Shown here: piece by piece, positions 41,697-48,021 of the stretch
How the letters are laid out: the number at the start of each line of letters is the position of its first letter
Numbering within the stretch: the first letter of the stretch is position 1
DNA from: a virus
DNA length: 64,000 nucleotides
Reading direction: 5' to 3' (one strand)
IMG/VR virus record: IMGVR_UViG_3300022074_000004
Made by a program: the position numbers and the translations under genes
The notes under the pieces: generated by a model
What the model was told of the DNA's origin: nothing
Database searches by the model: none
Seen by the model: only the letters and a program-made list of their open reading frames with translations

Positions 41697-41900
41697 ATGC
41701 AATTCCGTGTCACCAAAATCAACTTCGACTTTGAAGATGATAACTTTGAGATGTCTCCGATTGACCAACAACAAGTGATTAAGGAAACACTAGCTACAAC
41801 ATGGGAAGCGTGTGATGACGATGATCTCATCGAAGAAATTACATCAGTAACAGGTTGGTGTATCAATTCTATTGAATTTGTAAACTTCTCCGCTAATTAA
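41697..41900 (+). CDS. Conserved cyanophage-type acidic hypothetical protein
   Basis: MQFRVTKINFDF..WEACDDDDLIEEITSVTGWCINSI. Confidence 0.8.
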   Translation: MQFRVTKINFDFEDDNFEMSPIDQQQVIKETLATTWEACDDDDLIEEITSVTGWCINSIEFVNFSAN

Positions 41901-42000
41901 ACAAGATGACTTTCGAGGAATTGAAACTACTGATTCTACTGTTGTCACCGGCAATGCTCATGTCGGTATTATTACTGATAACGTTTGCTGCCGAGACCTA

Positions 42001-42056
42001 TGACAGCTGACAAAGTGGCACGGTTCAGCTCACAGATTTAAGAGCTGGATTATTAT
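42001..42056 (+). promoter_or_regulatory. Dyad site + -10 box promoter
   Basis: TGACAGCT-GACA-AAGTGGCA, 30 bp, TATTAT. Confidence 0.7.
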
Positions 42057-42086
42057 GTCTTTATTCAACCAACCCCATTTATCATC

Positions 42087-42512
42087 ATGGGCACCAGAGC
42101 ACGCATTGCGTTCACTGATCGCAGCGCCAAAGTTTTCACATCTGCTTATCACCACTGGGATGGTTATCCCACCTGGCTTGGTGTTAAGCTGCAAGAACAT
42201 TACGGCAACCGAACTAGAGCCACAAAACTGGTCGCAGGGGGCGACATGTCATCATGTTGGACAAATAAAAGATGGCAAAAAAATGGTTGTGACATCGAAG
42301 TTCATGATTATGGCCCACAGTATTATGCAGATCGGGGAGAAAAGGCAGACGCTGAGATTTGTTTGGGGATGAACAAATTGCTTGAATTGTGTGAACAAGA
42401 TGGTGTAGAGTATTTGTATGTTTACAAGCCTTATTCTGGGTGGAAGTGTTACAACACCAGGCAATATGATAAAAACTATGGTCAAATTGAACCTCTCCCC
42501 ACTGTGTCATGA
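42087..42512 (+). CDS. Conserved phage hypothetical protein
   Basis: MGTRARI...YHHWDGYPTWLGVKL...GGDMSS...EYLYVY. Confidence 0.8.
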   Translation: MGTRARIAFTDRSAKVFTSAYHHWDGYPTWLGVKLQEHYGNRTRATKLVAGGDMSSCWTNKRWQKNGCDIEVHDYGPQYYADRGEKADAEICLGMNKLLELCEQDGVEYLYVYKPYSGWKCYNTRQYDKNYGQIEPLPTVS

Positions 42513-42805
42513 TTGCAATCAGGAATCCCAACACTTATCAAGCCTTGAAGAGTTTAATTGTCCTTTATTATGAGGCTAGTAATGAATATGAACAGTTAAA
42601 TAGTTTGTCTACTCAATTATTAACTGTCAAAAAATTTTCAATTACTGAGTTTTCAAAAGTTTTAAGGGAGAAAGACAATAAACATCGACAAGTTATTCAA
42701 CACTTGTGCAATCTCACATTGCATCCAAGTTTTATTGAATTGACAGCACACGAACAGAATCAAATTCTCGATTTGTTCAATCAACCAGTACATCAACCAA
42801 CCTAA
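42509..42805 (+). CDS. Hypothetical protein
   Basis: ATGA-coupled ORF. Confidence 0.6.
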   Translation: MIAIRNPNTYQALKSLIVLYYEASNEYEQLNSLSTQLLTVKKFSITEFSKVLREKDNKHRQVIQHLCNLTLHPSFIELTAHEQNQILDLFNQPVHQPT

Positions 42806-42806
42806 A

Positions 42807-43046
42807 ATGAAAACATTTATTCTTCTCTCATCACTGCTGTTTGCTGCCAACCCAGCATCTGCACATCTCCTCCGCCATCATCACCATCATCACTATCCTA
42901 AAATTAAAACACATAAACATTATCATACTCACTACAAAACTGGCGTAACCCACTTCCACAAGCACAAGCACGGTGGTGGTCATGGTCATCATGGAACAAA
43001 ATCTCGCCACAGTGTTCCAACTTGGTTGCACATTCATTTTCACTAA
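42807..43046 (+). CDS. Secreted histidine-rich peptide
   Basis: Signal peptide MKTFILLSSLLFAANPASA followed by 60 aa containing 22 His. Confidence 0.7.
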   Translation: MKTFILLSSLLFAANPASAHLLRHHHHHHYPKIKTHKHYHTHYKTGVTHFHKHKHGGGHGHHGTKSRHSVPTWLHIHFH

Positions 43047-43054
43047 AATATAAA

Positions 43055-43210
43055 ATGGATCATCTTGAAATGCTGTCTAAACGTGAACAACTCATGGAGG
43101 ACATTGATTGCATCATCGAATCAAATTTTGGTGAGGTTGAGTATAAGGACGATGTAATTCGCCAACTCTGTGGTGCTGTCTGCAAAAACTTTCCCACTCC
43201 TACTAACTGA
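43055..43210 (+). CDS. Conserved cyanophage-type hypothetical protein
   Basis: REQLMEDIDCII...LCGAVCKNFP. Confidence 0.7.
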   Translation: MDHLEMLSKREQLMEDIDCIIESNFGEVEYKDDVIRQLCGAVCKNFPTPTN

Positions 43211-43215
43211 AACTC

Positions 43216-43365
43216 ATGGAATTTAAGGTCACTCTCACTCACAAGGACAACTCCGACCAATACAAGTTTTTGGTCGTTGAAGATTGTAAAGACAGAGATG
43301 AATTGATTGACCACATTTGGGAGACCGAACCAGATTGGGCCATTCATGCTATTGATCTAGTATGA
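43216..43365 (+). CDS. Hypothetical protein (49 aa, not in track)
   Basis: MEFKVTLTHKD...WAIHAIDLV*; fills an operon gap. Confidence 0.55.
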   Translation: MEFKVTLTHKDNSDQYKFLVVEDCKDRDELIDHIWETEPDWAIHAIDLV

Positions 43366-43367
43366 GT

Positions 43368-43425
43368 GGACAGTTGATTAAAGTGTCCTCTTACAGGTCC
43401 CAGGGTCACGATCTCTGATTATTAT
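43368..43425 (+). promoter_or_regulatory. Dyad site + -10 box promoter
   Basis: GGACAGTT-GATTA-AAGTGTCC, 31 bp, TATTAT. Confidence 0.7.
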
Positions 43426-43448
43426 TCAGTTGTTCAGCCATTTCACTT

Positions 43449-43706
43449 ATGCAACTTCTAAACGAACGCAACAATGTTGTTGTTGATTTTTATCCATTAA
43501 AGGATTGGAACAACAACACGATCGAAAACAAAATGTTGAAAGTTGTCACCTTGAATGGTAAAACTTTCTTGAAAAGAATCGTGGATGAAGAGCGGTACGA
43601 TGGTGAAGTCATCAACCGTAAACGCAAATTTGGTTTTATTCAAACTGACATGCACATTGCACGCCAGTATTACTCTGAGCATCTGAGCACATTCATTCTC
43701 AACTGA
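43449..43706 (+). CDS. Conserved cyanophage-type hypothetical protein
   Basis: MQL...VVDFYPLK; promoter upstream. Confidence 0.7.
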   Translation: MQLLNERNNVVVDFYPLKDWNNNTIENKMLKVVTLNGKTFLKRIVDEERYDGEVINRKRKFGFIQTDMHIARQYYSEHLSTFILN

Positions 43707-43728
43707 AAACTTTTCATTTAACAAAATC

Positions 43729-43896
43729 ATGGCTACCTACAAAGTTCATTGTTCCCAACTCGGTGAGACAGAGTATCACACATCTGAAGAACGTGCTGTT
43801 GATGTATGTTTCAGTATGCACAATGAAAGTGGCGGATATGCTTATGTTGAAGACTTTTATGGTCATAAAATCTACGAGTATGGTGAATTAAAATAA
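43729..43896 (+). CDS. Hypothetical protein (55 aa, not in track)
   Basis: MATYKVHCSQLGE..DVCFSMHNESGGYAYVED..EYG. Confidence 0.65.
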   Translation: MATYKVHCSQLGETEYHTSEERAVDVCFSMHNESGGYAYVEDFYGHKIYEYGELK

Positions 43897-43935
43897 ACTA
43901 TTGTCATCTTCACCTTCACCTTCGCGGACATTATC

Positions 43936-44361
43936 ATGCCAAACTGGTGTCACAACAGAGTTGTAATCTCTCACATGGAAGCTCAGCCAATTAAAGAGTT
44001 GGCTGACATTTTCCAAAAAGATCAGCCATTTGCTACACTTGTCCCTCAACCTGATTGGGAGAATACGCCAAACGATAAAGGAGAATTGCCTGTTGTTAGT
44101 GATCTGGGCTTAGAATTTGATGGTAAACAAGATTTGCGCTGGTATGATTGGCGGCTTGATAATTGGGGATGCAAGTGGGATTTGAATGAGGGAGATGTTA
44201 CGGTGAAGTTATCAGAAGATAAAACTATTTTGCAGATGTGGTTTGAAACTCCGTGGGGGCCACCGGATAAGATTAAAGAACACATTGATAACATGAATGA
44301 TGGTTTCGAGATCGAGTGGCACTGGGATGAGCCAGGGATGGGATCAGCAGGTTATCTTTAA
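43936..44361 (+). CDS. DUF1281/YubB ferredoxin-like domain protein
   Basis: MPNWCHN, WYDWRLDNWGCKWD, FETPWGPP, WDEPGM motifs. Confidence 0.75.
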   Translation: MPNWCHNRVVISHMEAQPIKELADIFQKDQPFATLVPQPDWENTPNDKGELPVVSDLGLEFDGKQDLRWYDWRLDNWGCKWDLNEGDVTVKLSEDKTILQMWFETPWGPPDKIKEHIDNMNDGFEIEWHWDEPGMGSAGYL

Positions 44362-44394
44362 CTTTAATCTTTTTCATTCATTCATTTCAATTCA

Positions 44395-44583
44395 ATGGCA
44401 CACGCTACAGCACTTAAAATCAACAAAAAATCTTTTTCAAATGGAGAAGATTATCACGTTGGAATGAAAGGATTAGATTTAATGATTACACATATGCCAG
44501 GGTGGACAATAAAAACAGAAATCGTCTCGGACGAGCATGGACACCTGGGCCTGCATGTATGGCACGAGAAGATCCAATCCTGA
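44395..44583 (+). CDS. Hypothetical protein
   Basis: ATG ORF between genes. Confidence 0.55.
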   Translation: MAHATALKINKKSFSNGEDYHVGMKGLDLMITHMPGWTIKTEIVSDEHGHLGLHVWHEKIQS

Positions 44584-44628
44584 AACTGTCCTAGCAGAGG
44601 TCGCAGGGTCGTGACCTGAGCTTAAATT
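44572..44628 (+). promoter_or_regulatory. Dyad site + -10 box promoter
   Basis: ATCCAATC-CTGA-AACTGTCC, 31 bp, TAAATT. Confidence 0.6.
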
Positions 44629-44652
44629 GGGTTCAATCAACACCGGAAACCA

Positions 44653-45102
44653 ATGCCGACACCAATCAGCACCATGAGCCGTCGCCAGTTCGACGAATAC
44701 AACATTTGGATCGATAAGCTGGATCATATTTGGCACATTTCAAGAGAGGATTATAGGCAGTTGGCTATCATCAACAACGCCCTCATCAGTTGGACTGAGA
44801 GAGAAGTCAATGGTGAGATTTATCGTGATGAAGATACCAATAAATGTTATCGACGTGTTCGTGATTCAAAAACTGGTAAAATCATTGGAGAGTATCGTAT
44901 CAACGATCGTGAAACTGGTTTATATAAAAAAGCAACTGCTATTGCTAATCGTAACCAGGGTTGGATTTATTTTCAGGGAGATTGTCGTGGTTGCATGATT
45001 TACTTTTATCGGACAGCAATGTGTGGTGGCCCTTATGTTATCGGTCCTGATGATAACATTGCTAGCTGCTATTCTACACAAGCACTTGCTTGTCACTTCT
45101 AA
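44653..45102 (+). CDS. Conserved phage hypothetical protein
   Basis: WTEREVNGEIYRDE...DRETG...YFQGDCRGCMIY. Confidence 0.75.
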   Translation: MPTPISTMSRRQFDEYNIWIDKLDHIWHISREDYRQLAIINNALISWTEREVNGEIYRDEDTNKCYRRVRDSKTGKIIGEYRINDRETGLYKKATAIANRNQGWIYFQGDCRGCMIYFYRTAMCGGPYVIGPDDNIASCYSTQALACHF

Positions 45103-45122
45103 ACTTTTAAGGAATTAAAATT

Positions 45123-45407
45123 ATGAATTACACACTCAAAGAACTTCAGCAACGTGTCAACAAAATGATCGAACAACAGGGGGAAGATGCACATTGTGCT
45201 GCCTGGATTTACACAAAGGAAGATTGTCATTTGAAGGATGAAAATGGTGAGGTTGATTATGATAATGTTGTAGAAGATCCTGATGTTGTTGAGCGTATCT
45301 TCGATGATGTTGGCAACATTGATCACATTTACACTGTAATTCAAGAGTGTGTAGATGAAGTTACAGAAGAGCAAGTTAAGTTACAGCAACAGGAGGCAAA
45401 GTCATGA
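45123..45407 (+). CDS. Conserved cyanophage-type hypothetical protein
   Basis: AAGGA RBS; MNYTLKELQQRV..QQGEDAHCAAWIYTKED. Confidence 0.8.
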   Translation: MNYTLKELQQRVNKMIEQQGEDAHCAAWIYTKEDCHLKDENGEVDYDNVVEDPDVVERIFDDVGNIDHIYTVIQECVDEVTEEQVKLQQQEAKS

Positions 45408-45619
45408 CACAAGTTACAACAACTGAAACTCGAATTGCAATCTACGAGGTGCGAAATGTCTTCGGTGAAGATAAGGCGTACCCAGTCAATGATGTTGCCG
45501 AGGCTTTCTGTGATCTGACAAATACAAAAACATTATTGTCTCGTCATAAAAGTGTGATCGAAAGTCTTGGTTATACAGTGAAGTTTGTTTCACCATCAAT
45601 CGAAAACTTTAACTGTTGA
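45404..45619 (+). CDS. Conserved phage hypothetical protein
   Basis: GGAGG RBS; VRNVFGEDKAYPV..AEAFCDLTNTKTL..LGY. Confidence 0.75.
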   Translation: MTQVTTTETRIAIYEVRNVFGEDKAYPVNDVAEAFCDLTNTKTLLSRHKSVIESLGYTVKFVSPSIENFNC

Positions 45620-45701
45620 GAATCTGATAGCCAATTCTGAGACTGTCTACTCTCAGGGTTGAAAGGCTTGCAGGGTCATCATCCCAGAGCTAGCATTAGA
45701 G

Positions 45702-45806
45702 TATAACACACACAGAGAGGTTGATCACCTATGACTGGGTCTCCCCCGAAGACCCACCACACACACGGAAGAGTATTAGGAGAGGCTTGAGAACCTCTCC
45801 TTTTTT
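45702..45806 (+). ncRNA. Candidate ~105-nt small RNA with own promoter and terminator
   Basis: Dyad 45629-45648 and TAGCAT at 45691; two ACACACAC tracts, hairpin tgggtct/agaccca, terminator aggagagg/cctctcct-T5; no convincing ORF. Confidence 0.5.
45778..45806 (+). terminator. Rho-independent terminator
   Basis: aggagagg-cttgagaa-cctctcct followed by a T run. Confidence 0.85.
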
Positions 45807-46290
45807 ATGTCATCTTCATTGATTCTTTACCTGTTAATGTTTTCACCTTCACTAGCATCATCTTCACTCTCATTGTCATCTTCATTATCATCATTTTGAG
45901 CATTATTGCCTACAAAATAGCATAAAAACACATTAAAAATACATTTATAAATATACTTTCGTTTTTTATTCAAATGCACTCCCGATACGCCCAGCAGTGC
46001 CTCCAGAGCATCTCAACAGCATCTAAAACACTAAATCATACTCTATATGTGTCATCTTCACAATCATCATCACATATACACATACATATGTCATCTTCGC
46101 TATCATCATCATATTCATAATTTTTATCTTTATCTTTATACCTGTGGAATGCAGCTGTGGAATTGTGGAATAAATCTTTTATCATAAACTTTTTCTCTCA
46201 ATAGTATATGATTGTAAATTTTATGATTTATATTTTATTAGAAAAACATTTGATTTTTATTTCTCATAAACGTTTCATAATGCTCTGATA
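45807..46290. other. Gene-free, AT-rich, G-poor tract with GTCATCTTCA copies (possible unwinding element)
   Basis: No ORF in track; decamer copies or variants at 45809, 45842, 45857, 45875, 46051, 46090. Confidence 0.45.
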
Positions 46291-46321
46291 ATGCTCCGGG
46301 GTCTTGTGATCTTAGCCTGCG

Positions 46322-46350
46322 AGCTTAGCACCGACCGCCCGTTTTGTCAA
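46322..46350 (-). promoter_or_regulatory. Minus-strand sigma70 promoter firing into the AT-rich tract
   Basis: TTGACA-17 bp-TAAGCT (with TG extension) on the reverse strand. Confidence 0.7.
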
Positions 46351-46448
46351 GACCCCCGCCATAAAAATTCACAAGGTCTCGGTTTTCAAACAATCCGCAT
46401 ACCTCCGAGTTTTATGGTATAATAAGCAAAAAAACACTATAAGGCAGT

Positions 46449-46491
46449 GGACGGTTTATGAAGTGGTACAGTGCCAGTTTTTTATGTGTCT
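46449..46491. promoter_or_regulatory. Tandem double dyad site 1
   Basis: GGACGGTT-TATG-AAGTGGTA cag TGCCAGTT-TTTT-ATGTGTCT. Confidence 0.65.
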
Positions 46492-46584
46492 TTGTAACAA
46501 TGTAAAGATTCATAAAATGGTAGTGAGTGACACAGCGCCACGGGCCACGGTGGGCTAGAGTAAGAATAGAGCCTTATGAGGGGT

Positions 46585-46627
46585 GGACAGTTTATGAAGT
46601 GGCACTGTGACACTTTGAGAACTGGCT
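46585..46627. promoter_or_regulatory. Tandem double dyad site 2 (contains left arm of the 31-bp inverted repeat)
   Basis: GGACAGTT-TATG-AAGTGGCA ctg TGACACTT-TGAG-AACTGGCT. Confidence 0.75.
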
Positions 46628-46650
46628 GATTGTTACAGTTTGATATAATT

Positions 46651-46716
46651 ATTTTATGGCAGGAGTAGTGGCGATTATTGTTGTCATCGAGGTTACCCCA
46701 CCTCTCGTTTGATTTG
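46651..46716 (-). ncRNA. Putative small RNA, copy A of a three-member family
   Basis: TG-N-TATACT -10 box at 46727-46722; GAGGT-N6-ACCTC hairpin; ends CTCCTGCCATAAAA; ungapped similarity to copies B and C. Confidence 0.55.
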
Positions 46717-46721
46717 ATCAT

Positions 46722-46815
46722 AGTATAGCAGCTCTCAGGGGTCTCTCAGGGCATCCGTGGACACTTATTGGACTGGCACAATAGAGGTAGCGGTGCCGCG
46801 ATCTGAGGTTATTCT
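46722..46815. promoter_or_regulatory. Bidirectional promoter centred on one dyad
   Basis: Dyad GGACACTT-ATTG-GACTGGCA (46759-46778) with TATTCT 31 bp to the right (+) and TATACT 31 bp to the left (-). Confidence 0.75.
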
Positions 46816-46838
46816 TTTATCAGTAACGTTCTTCCCCC

Positions 46839-47045
46839 ATGAGCTACGAAGTGTTTCACCGGACTTGGTGGCGGCGCAATGATGAGTGGCCTGATGGCCG
46901 GGAGCCCGGTTGCGGCCGTGCTTACCACATCGGCTGGGCTGCTGACGAAGCCGAAGCCAGTGCTATGTGTAAGGAGTGGAACAGCAAGCATAAGCCCGGG
47001 CTGTTTTCTGACAGAGCAGAGTACAGCGAGGGCCGGTTCACATAA
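46839..47045 (+). CDS. Conserved phage hypothetical protein
   Basis: YEVFHRTWWRRNDEWPDGREPG...CKEWNSKHKPG..AEY; promoter upstream. Confidence 0.75.
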   Translation: MSYEVFHRTWWRRNDEWPDGREPGCGRAYHIGWAADEAEASAMCKEWNSKHKPGLFSDRAEYSEGRFT

Positions 47046-47084
47046 GCACTAAACTTTAACAGTATTTTTTTCCCCTTTTAAGTT

Positions 47085-47348
47085 ATGAACACTGAAACGT
47101 ATGACCTGCCCGCTCACTGGGCAAGCTATCTTATCAACGGCGATGCAACGTCATTCAGCCTGAATGATGATGGCGGAGACGCTGAGATCGCATTGATTGA
47201 TGAGGTTATGTCGAACATTGACCAGAAAGGAAACGCCATCATTGATGTTGATGCAGAAGAAAGTTTCTTCAAAAAGTATCACGATGCTCACATGTATGGC
47301 GTAATGGCTGGTACTTGCCTAACGTATAAGCTGACGTGGATTGACTGA
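47085..47348 (+). CDS. Conserved phage hypothetical protein
   Basis: TYDLPAHWASYLINGDATS motif. Confidence 0.75.
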   Translation: MNTETYDLPAHWASYLINGDATSFSLNDDGGDAEIALIDEVMSNIDQKGNAIIDVDAEESFFKKYHDAHMYGVMAGTCLTYKLTWID

Positions 47349-47412
47349 TCATAAACTTTAACGTTATTCTTTTTACCTTCCGCATCATAAGTCACCTTGG
47401 CGGTCATCATCG

Positions 47413-47469
47413 GGCCACCTGACACACTGGCACAACAGAGCTTGTGACCTTGAGAGCTGCGGCTATTCT
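47413..47469 (+). promoter_or_regulatory. Dyad site + -10 box promoter
   Basis: GGCCACCT-GACA-CACTGGCA, 31 bp, TATTCT. Confidence 0.7.
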
Positions 47470-47500
47470 TTAGTTGTCAACGTTTTTCCCCTTCTGAGCC

Positions 47501-47749
47501 ATGACCACCACCGTCGTCAAGCACTGCTTCTATAAGGTCGAGATTGACACTAAAGACTCTGTGATCCCCATCATCTACTTTCGTAAGGTGAGACGCTGTA
47601 CCACTGCTAAGGGCATGGATCGTCAGCACAATCGCATCGTTAACGAGACTGTGGAGGCATGGCGTCCTTTTGACCGTCAGATCACGCGCTACACTGTTTC
47701 TCGTGTGCCAGCTGACGTAGTGGTCAAGGGTGAGATCCGCAACGCCTGA
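47501..47749 (+). CDS. Conserved cyanophage-type hypothetical protein
   Basis: FYKVEIDT..PIIYFRK..TTAKGMDRQHNRIVNETVEAW. Confidence 0.75.
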   Translation: MTTTVVKHCFYKVEIDTKDSVIPIIYFRKVRRCTTAKGMDRQHNRIVNETVEAWRPFDRQITRYTVSRVPADVVVKGEIRNA

Positions 47750-47777
47750 TCGGCTCCCACTATGCTAGGATATGGTC

Positions 47778-47878
47778 AGTCAAAGGGGGCACCGCCTATG
47801 GCCTGATTCGCTACAACCTAACGAGAGGCGATGTAGCCTCGCAGACGACAAAGGTCGCCACTGCCCCTGTAACAAAAT
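47778..47878 (+). ncRNA. Putative small RNA, copy C (with 5' extension)
   Basis: TG-N-TAGGAT -10 box at 47766; 46/63 ungapped identity to copy A over 47815-47877; GAGGC-N6-GCCTC hairpin; GGGGCA/TGCCCC closing stem. Confidence 0.5.
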
Positions 47879-47893
47879 ATAATTATGTAACAT

Positions 47894-47936
47894 AACCACA
47901 TATAAAAGTGTCACAGTGCCACTTCATAAACTGTCA
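47894..47936. promoter_or_regulatory. Tandem double dyad site 3 (contains right arm of the 31-bp inverted repeat)
   Basis: AACCACAT-ATAA-AAGTGTCA cag TGCCACTT-CATA-AACTGTCA; 47905-47935 is the exact reverse complement of 46586-46616. Confidence 0.75.
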
Positions 47937-47950
47937 CATATCTTATAGGT

Positions 47951-48016
47951 ATTTTATGGCAGGAGAGCTTACGAACTTTATCGTCTACAGGGCGACCCAG
48001 CCCCTCCTCTGATTTG
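47951..48016 (-). ncRNA. Putative small RNA, copy B
   Basis: TG-N-TATGAT -10 box at 48027-48022; begins CAAATCA and ends CTCCTGCCATAAAA like copy A, in the same register relative to the -10 box. Confidence 0.55.
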
Positions 48017-48021
48017 AACCA

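Noticed and set aside
46482-46721. 79-aa minus-strand ORF MIKSNERW...
   Set aside because: Its ATG abuts the -10 box (upstream of the expected TSS), it runs through the double dyad, and copy B has an early stop in its ATG frame; a non-coding reading is preferred.
47706-47725. Additional dyad TGCCAGCT-GACG-TAGTGGTC upstream of RNA copy C
   Set aside because: Lies inside a CDS, is degenerate and sits 40 bp from the -10 box; plausible but not counted.
47778-47878. Hammerhead ribozyme or glutamine riboswitch
   Set aside because: Lacks the CUGAUGA/GAAA core and does not match the glnA-type motif by eye; kept only as an unclassified structured RNA.
46586-47935. IS element or transposon bounded by terminal inverted repeats
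   Set aside because: No transposase-like ORF inside and no target-site duplication seen; the arms are built from the dispersed dyad motif.
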